Under the pieces are notes generated by a model that did not search any database, was not told the origin of the DNA, and saw only the letters and a program-made list of their open reading frames with translations. From NCBI GenBank assembly GCA_013265495.1, contig MU057936.1, forward strand, positions 323,195 through 387,194: a stretch of 64,000 nucleotides of DNA, given 5' to 3'. Position numbers and translations under genes: made by a program. Source of the stretch: Vicugna vicugna (taxonomy: Eukaryota). The stretch's first letter is position 1, and each line of letters starts with the position of its first letter. Below are positions 1 through 11,799 of this stretch, piece after piece.

Positions 1-77
1 ATGTGTGGGGTATTTTACATTTTGGGAGGAAATGCGTTGATACTCAACATCTGTTTAGACATCACACAAACTATTAC

Positions 78-147
78 CTTAAGGTAATTCACGGTTTCAT
101 CATTCGATATTTCTACATTCCTTTTCTTTGGGAAGCCGGATTTTCGG
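78..147 (-). other. Candidate 70-nt internal exon (probably 5'UTR) of the minus-strand gene
   Basis: Minus strand reads cttgttttctttaatcactag|CCGAAAATCC...TACCTTAAG|gtaatag, i.e. a pyrimidine tract with AG acceptor and an AAG|GTAATA donor. It has 4 CpGs in 70 nt against a CpG-depleted background and is not repeat-derived. Confidence 0.55.
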
Positions 148-269
148 CTAGTGATTAAAGAAAACAAGTGCTGTGTTTGAGGAGTGTGAAGATTTGAGAA
201 GTTGTGCAGTGCCCAACAGGTACACACATCCCATTAGTAACTGCATGTCTTTTTAAGATAGAAATACTG

Positions 270-529
270 AAACAAAGTGAGTCACATGAATTTTTTGGTT
301 TCCCAGTGCATACAAAATTTATGTTTACACTGTACTATAGCCTACTGAGTGTACAATAGTGTTGTCTTAACAAAAACTACATATATACCTTAATTTAAAA
401 AATTCTTTACTGCTAAAAAAATGCTAACTATCACCTGACAGCATGGGATTGCTACAAACCTTCAATTTGTAAAAAACACAATAATGCAAAGCACAATAAA
501 GTGAAGCACAATAAAAGGAGGTATGCCTG
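270..529 (-). mobile_element. Internally deleted Tigger1-type DNA transposon (TcMar)
   Basis: Minus strand begins CAGGCATACCTCCTTTTATTGTGCTTCACTTTATTG (Tigger1 terminus, TA at 530-531). It joins directly to Tigger1 3'-region sequence (GCACTGGGAAACCAAAAAATTCATGTGACTCAC). Confidence 0.8.
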
Positions 530-564
530 TATTATTTCTTCAGATGGCCACCAAGCTGTCTGGA

Positions 565-597
565 GATAGATACACACACACACACACACACACACAC
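565..597 (+). repeat. (GATA)2(CA)n microsatellite
   Basis: gatagatacacacacacacacacacacacacac seen directly. Confidence 0.95.
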
Positions 598-1629
598 CTA
601 TTAAGCTGTCTGGACCTAATTATTTAATAAATGGAACTATTAGGTATTTCTTTTCGTCTATGGCTACTATGAAAACAGAGCACTGCAACAACAAAGGGCA
701 CTGTAAACTAGAAAGTTTGAAAAACTCCGATCTAGGGGGTCTGGAGACTGATGGAGTCCTGCCACTGCTCTCCCAAATCCATCTGGGACACCAAGCTTCA
801 AGGGACTGGGAAGTTCCTTCTCCGAGGAAGGAAACCAACATCCCTTTTGACAGTTTAAAGTTACTAAAACCTGTCAAATGGGTTATTGTGGCCCTGACAA
901 CAACTGGCAGGAAAAGAATACAGTGTACTCCCCTACAGCAGCCAGTCACATCACTCAGACATAGGGTTATCCTAAGCTCGCCCTTAATTAGCCACTTTGG
1001 TTCTGGAAACTTGCCTGGGGAAGGGCCAGGGAGATGAAAATCGCAACAACAAGGGCACTAGAAAGCCGCAGCACTGGGCAGTCAGGCCTGCTAGACTATG
1101 GAGTGAGCACAGGTGAGTGAAATGCAGAGTAGAAAGGTGCCCTCCTCTTGTCCCAGCACTGCTGGAAATTACTACCAGCCCAGCCAGGGCAACCTATGCC
1201 TCAGTGACTAAAGTGACTCCTCTACTGTCCTTGGAACTGTTCTGAGTACCGGAAAGCCTGGCTTGGGCGCCCTGGTTTTGAGGTAACACTATATTCTGGC
1301 AATGGCAGCGAGAGCGCCAAGAGCAAGAGAGAACAGAGACTTTCTACAAATGTATCCAGCACTCCATTATCTTTCCCCAGTGCCAGGGGCAGGGTGTGCT
1401 GCCCTAGACCTAACGTGCAACCCCAGAGTTCTTGAATTTCCCACGGGAACAGGGTTGGTCAGGGAAGGAAGAAAGACATTCTTGTATTACCAGGGGCTGT
1501 GGCTGATTCACTTGAGTAACAAACGTAATCTCATTGGTATCCCAAGTTTGTTAAGTGGTAAACATCAGTTACACATTTAGAAAGTAAGAAAGAGAGCTGT
1601 TAGAGCAAAAAGCTACGTGAGGAAAGCAA

Positions 1630-1753
1630 AAACCCTGAGCTTTCCTTCCTCATCTGTAAAACTGGAATAACAGCACCAACCTCATAGTTATAAATGAAGT
1701 AATGGACAAAAGTGCTTTGCTCAGAGCTTGCGGAAGAATGGAGCTCAATAAAC
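1630..1753 (+). mobile_element. MIR SINE fragment
   Basis: MIR core ttcctcatctgtaaaactggaataa...ctcatag and 3' gctcaataaa. Confidence 0.7.
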
Positions 1754-3579
1754 AATGGTCTGACTTGTCAATGTCATGCTGGCAGTTATTCCATGAAGGG
1801 AAAAACAAGAGTTTTAACAAGATGATAAAAAAATGCATAGAAAATAAAGAATAAATGATCAAGGAAAGGGTTAACTAGCAGTGAGTTTGCCTATTTAATT
1901 CCAGCGATGCCTGGAAGTCTGGTCCCCTTGGTCAAGTTTGGGATGAAATGTACTAGCTTTATAAAGTGCTGTTTAAAGCCTAAAACTCCCTTAGGCACTC
2001 TACCAGCTTGCCTACACTGTTTATTGCAAATGTATAGATTGATGGTTTGCAATGATGGTATGTAGCCTACTTTCAGCTATATGACCACTGGGTATCAAAG
2101 ATTCTCAGTAACCTTGTGCCTAGGCTCCCTGGAGATCAAACTTATCTTGCAGGTTCACAACAGAAAACAAAGCATGTCTTGTGTGACTAAAAATGGCCTT
2201 AGGAGCCATCTTTCTCCTGCAGCACCATACCTTTGGCCATTATTAAAGCCTTGTGAGAGTCTCATAGGTCCTTTCAATTATCTAATGTTGAATAGTGGCT
2301 ACAATATACTTTAAGAATGATTTATAAATATTTTGGAGATATCATTAACTTTAAAAATTTCAGAAATTCTTCAGAATGTGATTTAAGGACTATTTCTGTT
2401 CCTTATTTAGAAGGACTTGATTTTGTAAGTAAGTCACTAAGAAGCATCCTTTAACATATCTTATATGCTTGCTTCTATTCAATTTCGGTCAAGTTTATGT
2501 TGATAGCCTATCATTAGGATTTTAACAATAGATTACAAAGAAGCTTTTAAGGACAGATTGAGAAATGAAAATTATACACATGATATATATGTTTAGAGAA
2601 TCCTGAATCAGTAGCTATAACAAAATACACTAAATTATTTTCTATTAATGTTTCGGTTATTTGATAGTTCAGATAGCTAGTAATATTGATGCAGAAGTTA
2701 CTCAGATAAACCCAGTCTCATAAACTCAGAAAAAAAAGATGATCAGGGTCATGCATTATAACTTATCTTATGTTTTACCTACAGGGAAGCCCCAGCTCCC
2801 TCAGACTAATCAAGGATCAATGTATTTAACCTTCATCCTGGCTATAAGGCTTGAAAGCCTAACTGCACATTAAAGCTGAGAAGTAGAAGGAACTAGGGGT
2901 GGGCAGAACTAGATCCACAAACTGACAGCAGCAAGAAGTGAAAGCTGATTACTCTGAAAACAAGGGAAAAGGGAGATAGACGATAAAGAGGTAAAGCGAT
3001 AGAGATAAATAACCCACTGAGGGTTATTTAGAGTAGGTTCTAACCCTACTCACACTGACAGCTCCGAAAGTTGTTAAGTGGCGATGATTATATTCAGAAT
3101 GGTGAACCTGAGTCACCAAGAAAGGACCAAATGATGTTCAGGATACTGTTCAGGAAGGGAGGAAGTTACATGATCTATTTTAGAACTATTTCCCTAAAAA
3201 TAGGTTTTAAAAAACTTTTTAAAACAAATTAAAAAGGTGAGCATCAGCAATCGGCAAAATGTATTTTTTCAGATGGAAATTTTGTTCCTAGACAGTGTTG
3301 TGTAAATGTTGCTGTACCAGAGAATGAAACCATAATGAGTCCACATGCTAACCGAGAAACAGTTTTTCTCTTCTGAATAAATCTCTAATATATTGTTTAG
3401 TTGTGAATTTCTCATAAAACGCTGCAGAAGATGGTAAGTTATCCACTTATTTGAGCCTTCTGTTTGTCATATGAAAACTGCCTTTTCAGACTATCTTGTT
3501 GATGTCTAAGAAAGACCATATCCATTCACCACTTTCACCAACCCTGTACAGAGACAAATGAAACTGCGGGAAAAGAGAA

Positions 3580-3760
3580 GAGTGTGGTACAGTGAAAAGG
3601 TCCTGAATTTGTAGTCAAGTATGTGGATTCTTGTCCAGCTCTGGCACTAAACTGACTGCAAGATTCTGCATTTGTTGCTTAATTTACTTAGGCCTGTCTC
3701 CTAATCTGTGAAGCTAAGACGCTGTATGTATATGATTCCTTAGATCCTTTCAGTTGTAAT
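3580..3760 (+). mobile_element. MIR-family SINE fragment
   Basis: gtgtggtacagtgaaaag...ggattcttgtccagctctggcactaa...ctaatctgtgaa resembles the MIR 5' and core region. Confidence 0.55.
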
Positions 3761-5924
3761 TGTGAAATTTTACAGTTGGAAAAAGTTTTAAGTGGGAGTA
3801 CTGTATCCTATCCAAATTCTTTTGGGAAATGAATATACTATTTTTCAGCTAAGCAACCACCATCCCCTAAACCAACAATAAAAGCAAACAAGAAGCAAAA
3901 ATCCACAAGACACCCTCCCCATCCAATCCTGTGCTCAGATTTATATACTACTAAAAAATAATCTTAGGAAGTGTCACACTCATAATTCCTTGTTTTCTTG
4001 CTTCTAAGCTATTTTGATGCTATCATTTACTCAGTTGTGCATGCATACAGTGACTTCAGGGTTCTTTCTGCTGAAATGGGTATTAAATAGGTATTTCTCA
4101 TCACAGACTACTGGGCATAACTTTCCCTAGAAAAACAGGTCTCACTAGAATTCTAAAGTGGCATTTCACTTAATAAAACACAAAATTATGCAAAATAACA
4201 AAATGATATTTGGATCATCTTCCTATTACTTAGGGAGGTGGAAAAACTAGAGTATTTCCCAATTGCATTTCACCGCTGTAACCTATTTGTGGAAATTAAA
4301 GATTAATTTTTCCACAGCAGGTAGGTTTACAATTCAGAATTTACTATATGGTTGTGCTCATGTGCCCAAACAGGTTGAAATTAACTTATACCTTAGTTAG
4401 TATTCCATGTAGTATATATTTTCACAGGAAATTAGGAAGCTGAAATCCATTCAAGAACTGAGATACTTTAAAAAAAAATTTGAAGTTACAGGACTGAGCT
4501 AGTGAAAGTGGGGAGTCTCAGGGTTTGAGAGAAGAAATAACTGTTATTAATATCTTTAATATCCTGAACCTGCTTCCTAAGGACAATGTAGTGGTTATGA
4601 TCACGACCTAAGACTTTAAAAAAAGATCTCTTTGTGCTAATGGAGGTATACAATGAAATGCTAAATGATATAACAGGCAGGTTTCCGGGAATAAGTGTGG
4701 AGAAAATGCCAGAAATGGATTTCTATAAGAGAGAAGACAAAAGAGGTAATGTACATCTATAAAGTCAATATTCTTTAAAAACAACAAAAAATGGTTCTCC
4801 CCCAGAGTGAGTCTTACTAACTCAACACAGTTTTCTTAAAAGCCAAATTTTACATCATATATTCAGAAGTCTCTTGTCTAATGATTTTATGCTTCATAAG
4901 GAATAATGAGATAGAAATGATGTAATAGAATCTCCCACAAAGGAAGGCAAAAGGCCAAACTTTCTTCGAAGGGATTCTACAATTTATAACTCCTCCTTAT
5001 CAAAAAGAATTCTTCACGAAATGGTAGATAAGAATAATCAAGTTACTAGAAATTTACAACAATTGATTTAAATGTGACACATGACATTTATGGACTACGG
5101 GCTGTGCTTTACCCACAGGAAACAAATAAATATGGACTTAGAAAATGGTCTAATTTGCACAAAATTAAGCACACAGGTGGAATCGCCAAAACGGTGGAAT
5201 TTCAAAGATGGGTATTTCTCCTATCACTAGTGCCTCAACTACTATCTGTCACGGTATCATTCGTCTTAGAGTTTACAGTTGTTACAACCATAACACTTTG
5301 TAGTTTATGGTCCTATTTACACTGGTTACAATTCTGTCCCTTGTGAAAGAATATGGAAACAACTACAACTAATAATCACCATTTAATGGAAAGAAAGACA
5401 GGTAGATAGAGTCAGAAAATAAGAAATATGGTTTTATATACATAACTCTATGTTACAGTGAATGCCTTACAAGCTGTCAACATAGTATGATATTATCTAT
5501 GTGCTAGTTAGCTGTAATCTAGACTCTAGGAGCAGATAATTGTCCTATTAGAATACATATGACATTTAATCCAAAAGCTTCATTTCAGAGGTGGCTGTTC
5601 AGATAGTATTCTGCTATCTTCCTCTTCTGTGCACAACAGCAGAGTGTAATGGATTTAAGAAATGGAGTCTCACTGACAAATTAGTGTCTTTGTAATTAGC
5701 ACATGATTTTCAGAAATGCTTTTTTTGCTGAAGTCAATGTTGTTTATAGGTGAATTGGCTCTAGAAATGATAATAGTATTCGAACTTTTGCTTGCTCCAT
5801 CTGCAGGGGAGGTACTGTATACCAGGAGCACTCTGTTGTCTAAAGGGGTCTCTTCTCTCACAGTGGGTCCTCTCAGGGACCCCTTTAGAAAAGCTGTGGA
5901 CTTCACTGAGCACACCAGAAACCA

Positions 5925-6040
5925 CTTATCCATCTCAATCGCTTTATTTTACTGACAAGAAACTGACATCCAAAGGTTAATTGACCTATCCAAGGACACA
6001 GCTTCTTGATTATAGGACCAGGACTACACCTCAGTTTCTA
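5925..6040 (-). mobile_element. MIR fragment
   Basis: attttactgacaagaaactgac...ggttaattgacctatccaaggacacagct is the reverse-strand MIR core. Confidence 0.55.
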
Positions 6041-6046
6041 GAACCA

Positions 6047-6544
6047 TAAATGGAAGAAATGTTCACATACTCAGGTATGAGGAAGTCATTCCGGCTGATA
6101 CATGATTTAACTTGAATTTTATGCTAAATAAAACAGCCTGTTTATGGCCTATAAAACATACTTTGTACACCTGCTTTAATCCTTACAGGGTGCACTGACC
6201 TGAAATAAAGAATGTCCATGTTAAAAAGTAAGATTAAACAACTCCCTTCCTGGGTCACCAATGCTGGTCTTCCTTTGATAAGACTCCCTTCCCAGGTGCC
6301 AGGGTCATACTGACTTCCTGTGTACGTGCTGACTTGCTGCTGTCGTTTGAAACCTTGAAGAAATGGATCCCTGACTTCTTTGATGTTCTTTGTTCCAACA
6401 AGATACAAAACTGTGCTGAAAATTATGCTACTCAGAGTAGTTCCTCAGAGTTATCTGAGAGGCTGTCTCCTGGGCTATAATGCTTAGTGTGGCTCAGCTT
6501 TCTATTCCTATCATAGATTGGCTTATTGATGATTTCTGTCGACA
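6047..6544 (+). mobile_element. Solo LTR, ERV1 class (MER34-like)
   Basis: Ends ...gatttctgtcgaCA and contains the U5-type motif ctcagagttatctgagaggctgtctcc. Flanked by a 4-bp direct repeat ACCA (6043-6046, 6545-6548), the TSD length typical of class I ERVs. Confidence 0.7.
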
Positions 6545-6552
6545 ACCATATA

Positions 6553-6918
6553 CATTTGTCCCTCAGTAGCTATGGGGAATTCATTCCAGGACCCCCTATG
6601 GATACCAAATTCCATAGGTGCTCAAGTCCCTTATGTGAAATGGCGCAGCATTTGCATATAACCTATCTATGTACATCCTTACATATACTATAAATCATCT
6701 CAACATTACTTATAATACCTAATACAATGTAAATGCTACATAAATACTTATAAATACAACGTAAGTGGTATGTAAAGAGTTGCCACACACAGCAAATTCA
6801 AGTTTCACTTTTTTGAACTTTCTGGAATTTTTGCTTTTTTCCAATATTTTTGATCTACACTTGGTTAAACCCATGGATGTGGAACCCGCAGATACTTGCA
6901 GATACAGAGGGGTGACTC
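6553..6918 (+). mobile_element. MER2B-like Tigger MITE
   Basis: ttccaggacccc...ggataccaaa...tgctcaagtcccttat...gtggaacccgcagatac matches MER2/MER2B; TA on both flanks. Confidence 0.85.
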
Positions 6919-7036
6919 TAATCCTCTTCTTTAGACTCAAATTATTTCTATGAAAAACATCATAATATGTTAATTATGGCTTATCTCTAAAAATTTCCTT
7001 TCCTTTATTCTCAATCAGTGGGTTCTTTTCTTAAAT

Positions 7037-7818
7037 CAGTGGTTTTCAATCTTGGATAATTTTGCATCTCAGGGAACATTAGGCAGTGTCTTGATACATT
7101 TTTGGTTGTTACAACTTGGAGGGGGAGGTGCCACTGGCGTTTAGTGGGGAGAGGCCAAGGATGCTGCTGAACATCTTACAGTGCAGAGGACAGCCCCCCA
7201 CAACAAAGATTTATCTGGCCCAAAATGTCAGTATTCACTCCTACATACATGCCCCAAAGAATTGAGAACGATAGTTAAACAGAAATTTGTACATCAAGGC
7301 TTACAGCAGCACCATTTACAATAGCCAAAAGGTGGGAAGGATCTAAATGTCCACCACCTGATGCATGGATAAGCAAAATGTAGTATATTCATACAATGGA
7401 ATATTACTTAGCCACAAAAAGGAGTAAAGTACTAATACAACAATGGATAAAACTAAAAAAAAAAAAAATTACGCTAGTGAAAAAAGCCAGGCACAAAGGG
7501 GCACATATTTTATTATTCCATTTATATGAAATATCCAGAATAGGTAAATTCATAGCAATAGAGATCAGATCACAGGTTGCCATGGCCTAGGGAGCGGGAG
7601 AAATAGGCTGATTGCTTAATGGGTACAGGGTCTCCCTTAGAGGTGATAAAAATGTTTTGGTACTAGACAGCTGCACAACACTGTGAATGTATTAAATGCC
7701 ACTGAACTGTACACTTCAAAATGGTCAATTCTATGTTATATGAATTTTTTTTGCCTACATTATGTGTTTTGCCTCAATTAAAAAAAATGTCAATAGTGCT
7801 AAGCTTGAGAAACCATTC
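7037..7818 (+). mobile_element. MER20 (hAT-Charlie) split by an L1 insertion
   Basis: cagtggttttcaa...gaggccaaggatgctgctgaacatcttacagtgcagaggacagccccc...ggcccaaaatgtca. The remainder gtgctaagcttgagaaacc resumes at about 7796. Confidence 0.85.
7234..7783 (+). mobile_element. L1MB-type LINE-1 3' fragment nested in MER20
   Basis: ORF2 end and 3'UTR motifs (atggaatattac, taaatgccactgaactgtacactt) plus an A tail. TSD aaaatgtcagta (7222-7233) / aaaatgtcaata (7784-7795). Confidence 0.85.
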
Positions 7819-9869
7819 TAAACTGTACCAAAGTTATTTTCTTCTTGAATGGGTAAAAGGCAGAGAGGATTGCATTAAAAAAAAAAAAAGCATGATCCTT
7901 AAATAGTTAGCTAAATAGTTAGCTCTTTTTTTTTCTAATGGAAAAGACTTGCCAGGAAAAAATAATGGCTGCTGTCAGGCCCAAGCAGATTTGTTTTACT
8001 GTTATAAAATTATGAAGCTAGATAAGGGTTTACAATAAATTGGTGACATCATCTAAACTGTAGAGGCATGAATATGCTACTGTAATAGAGACTCAGATTT
8101 AATATAGGCCAGAAAATGAAATAATTGTCTTTAAATGTGTGCTTTCACTTGAACTGTAAACCAGGGAGCTGTCAAATAAAATTAGGCACTACATTATGAG
8201 ACAGTCACTTTACAAGGTTTGTCAGTTTGAACACTCATTCCCTGTTTGAAAATATGGAGCTGTATGCTCAGAATTAGAGTTTAGGATTGGTCTCAACTGA
8301 GCAGTAGTTCAGCAATGAATCAAAGGGCTTAGAAACTTACTGTGGTAGCTGTAAACCATCTTTCCCTTCATTAAATTTTGATAAGTGGAGGGGACATGTT
8401 GGGTTCATTGAACTAAAAGAGCCAAGCACATCCAGGGATGCAAAGGAATGATGCTGCTATGCTTTAATTAAAAAAAAAAAAGACTAACTAGTACCTCTGT
8501 CACTGATTCTCTATAGCACAACAATATGTCCATGTATACTAGGACATCACGGGCATGTTACCACTAAGTATGGAAAATGAAGATGGAAACTGACTTTTCA
8601 GATTAAGTATTTATAGATCTAGGACTTCCTTCTAGGCTAGGTAAAAGATATTTCCAAAGACTAAATACTGAAAGAGGAGAAACAGGAAAAATGCTAAGGT
8701 ACCTTTACATTTTTATTTTAGTTATTCTCCGCAAATAACACACGTCTGCTTGCGATCAATCAGCTATTCCAGATATCGTTTCCTATACAACAAAGCAAAA
8801 TTTGTTTGAAGATTCATGGCTAAATGTTATTCTTATTTTGTAAAAGAGGAGTAGGAACATCTTGTGGTTTGCTGTTATTGAGAAAACATGATGAATTTCT
8901 TCCAGAAGTTTTTTTTAAAGTGAAGACAGTGAAGTTATGTATCAGTAATTGCATATTAGACTAATAAATACCATAAATTGCTGCTATAGCACTTAAAAGC
9001 ACACAGTAAGAGAAGTGTGTTCTGACAGGAAAAAAATCAGATGGAAAATAGGTATGACTTAAAAATCAAATTCTGCTCACTGTAACAAAAACAAGAGTTT
9101 GCTTGGTGGAGTACTGAGACTTGTCATTTTATCGTGAATATACCAGCTATGCAGGGGGGTAATGTAAAGGTAGAATAGTGTTTTAATTTCCATCTCAAGA
9201 TGATTACAGATAAATTTCTCTAGTATTAGGAACATATTTGGTGAGCCTATATGGACATACTTGTAAAATCCTCAAATTCTCTTCTTTGTGAAAATGTTAA
9301 TTCTCTACTAAAATCTTATACATAATTTTATTTATACATGCTGTTCTTCTGTAACAGCATCTCCCCTTGTTGTCTCATACTATGCTGGCATTCCATGATG
9401 TATTGTATTCTTTGTGTTAAGAAAAACCACAAAGATAAAAACTTATCGATCAAGAAGGGTGAATTTCACCACAGAAATGGTATCTTAGGTCCCTTACTTT
9501 AGGCAGCTCCCACAGTGAGTTGTGCACAGCAAGTTTCTGAGTTGAATTATCTCGTTATCTAGCTTGGTGATTGCCCGTCAGTGCTGCTGCCTTTGAAGTA
9601 CTGTAGCCATGACCACCGCTGCCCAGAGGATTTTGATATTTGAGGCACTCCACTATCTGATACACATGTGTTTTAGCTGTTAGCATAAATGGTGATGAAC
9701 AATGAGCCATTTCTCTTTGCCTATCTGTCCAGTCCACTGTGCTGTGAGAAATATATGATCATCATCATAGTTCTTAAACAATATTTTCTTCTATACTTTT
9801 CACAGCATCAGACAGATCCTAAGTTTTAATCAACTTTAAACACTACTGCTGACTAAACGTATTCAGAAC

Positions 9870-10080
9870 ATGGTTTATTGGAAGAAAATAAAAACTGGAT
9901 ATGACATAAGGAGACAAAGGTTTGCCTTCTAAACTGAACTTTGGGTAAGACTCTCTCATGACCCTCAGTTTTATAAGATAATAATCTGTATTTACATCAT
10001 GGGGTTCTCTTACCACTCAATTAAGATAATGTAGGAGAAATATCTATGAGTTATGAAATGCTGTACAGATACTTGTTAAC
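9870..10080 (+). mobile_element. MIR fragment
   Basis: ctttgggtaag...cctcagtttt...ttaagataatgta...tgaaatgctgtaca. Confidence 0.5.
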
Positions 10081-10288
10081 AGCAAAATAAAGATACATTC
10101 TTAAGAGTACCAAATACTAAACCCTAACTCTGAACTCAGATATAGTAAATAGGATTTCAATGTCACATACAATGGACACTGTTGGTGGCCTAATGAAAAA
10201 TTAAATACACAAATCTGTTCTCATCCTCTGCCACCATTTTTAAGACTTTGTTTATGAATTTTTTCATGTCACAAAAATAAAAGAATGA

Positions 10289-10521
10289 GGCGGGGAGGAT
10301 ATAGCTCAAGTGGTAGAGCGCGTTCTTAGCACGCACAAGGTCCTGGGTTCAATCGCCAGTACTTCCTCCAAAAGTAACTAAATAAATAAACCTAACTACC
10401 TCCCCTCAAGGAAAGAAATCTAACAAAACAAAACAAAAAAACTTTCATAAGAGATTTCGTGTATAAAGGACTCTTTCAGTTTTTAGATCTGATGGTCAAA
10501 CAAAAATAATTCTTAAAAAAT
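10289..10521 (+). mobile_element. tRNA-derived SINE, camelid Vic-1 type, with 3' extension
   Basis: Head GGGGAGGATATAGCTCAAGTGGTAGAGCG (A box ~10302-10313), GGTTCAATCGC (B box ~10346-10356), AATAAA and an A-rich tail. Perfect 16-bp TSD aaaaataaaagaatga at 10273-10288 and 10522-10537. Confidence 0.9.
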
Positions 10522-11588
10522 AAAAATAAAAGAATGATTCCTCTAACACATATTTATAATTTCTTCATTCAATATCAAAGAATATTAAAAGAAATTCACC
10601 TCAATTTAATTTCAATTTTTCACCCATACTGTATGGTTTCCTGGCTGTGTTCTTTGTTTTCATGGCTCCTTAATTAATGAGGCTAGTGCCATGTCTTTGT
10701 GATACTTTCCTCTGCTGTCCCTTTGTATGACACATTGAGCTGTGTTTGTGAGAATCTTTGCCAAATCCATTAAAAACTTCATTGTATACTGCCAGAAAAG
10801 AAAGAAAAAAGAGCACACAGTAGCATCTTTTTTTCCACTAACAGTGTCAGCAATTAACAAGTATAATCAGAAAAATGAAGCAAAGCTTAGAGAGTAAAGG
10901 ATAGAATCTTTGAGATTCAGGATGTTAAGGACGTTTTTAAAGTGCTCAACACAGACAGTCAAAATGCTGCTATTACAAGCTTCCTTGTGTTTGTAAAAGT
11001 AGCATTTTCTTCGAAGCACCTTCCTTATCTCATCTCCAGGTTGGAAACATGCCCATCTTTGCACAGTACATTACCATGCCCTGTCCTTTAGCAAGAACTC
11101 TATTAATTGCCTGACAACTTACACAAATACTTGCCGGGGCACCCATTAAAGTAAGCACCTAATGATCTCCTTGCTGATGATCTGATAACCATTCTGAAAA
11201 GGAACAGAAGAAACAGGAAGGTATGTGTTGCCCTATCTCAGTGCAGCTCTCTTCGCCATATGATCAGGATAAAATCCAATAATCAGAACATTCTCCAAAT
11301 CCACCGGAAGCTTGAGAGGAGGTGAGGATCAAGCCATGATGAGTTACTCTGGAAGCTTCTGGCGACAGATGACTTGGAGTTAGCACATGGCATGGATTAG
11401 TCCAGAACTTACCAGTTTTGTTTAATTTATTTATTTAAAAAAATTTCTAAACTATTAGAGATTGGTATCTTTTGTGAAGGTTGCGAAAGAACCAGAATCC
11501 CTGGGTAAGCTCTGGAGAAAACACACAAAAGCTAACTTGTCAAGGTTCAGGAAGATATTTTCCATCCATAATCCTTGGGGCTGCCTAC

Positions 11589-11683
11589 CAGGGCCAAGAG
11601 TGACGTGGGGTGAGCGAGATGCCTAGAGCATAAAACATAAGGAAACACTCTCGGTCACATGTACAACCCTAGTCTCAGCCCTG
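11589..11683 (+). mobile_element. MER96-like hAT MITE
   Basis: CAGGGCCAAGA...CTAGTCTCAGCCCTG terminal inverted repeats with internal ggtgagcgagatgcc. Confidence 0.5.
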
Positions 11684-11799
11684 CTGCCCACAGAAGCATC
11701 TCAAATAACTTCATTTTAACTATTAAAAGACAGAACCAATGTAGATATATTCAATAAGGACAGAAATGAGCAGATATCACCGCACTCTTCCATTGTATT

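Noticed and set aside
660..1037. 125-aa plus-strand ORF
   Set aside because: No recognisable homology, codon bias or exon context; the length is within chance expectation.
10292..10367. tRNA gene (Ala-like cloverleaf with A and B boxes)
   Set aside because: It is followed by a SINE body and A tails and enclosed by a 16-bp TSD, and the stems are imperfect. It is a SINE head.
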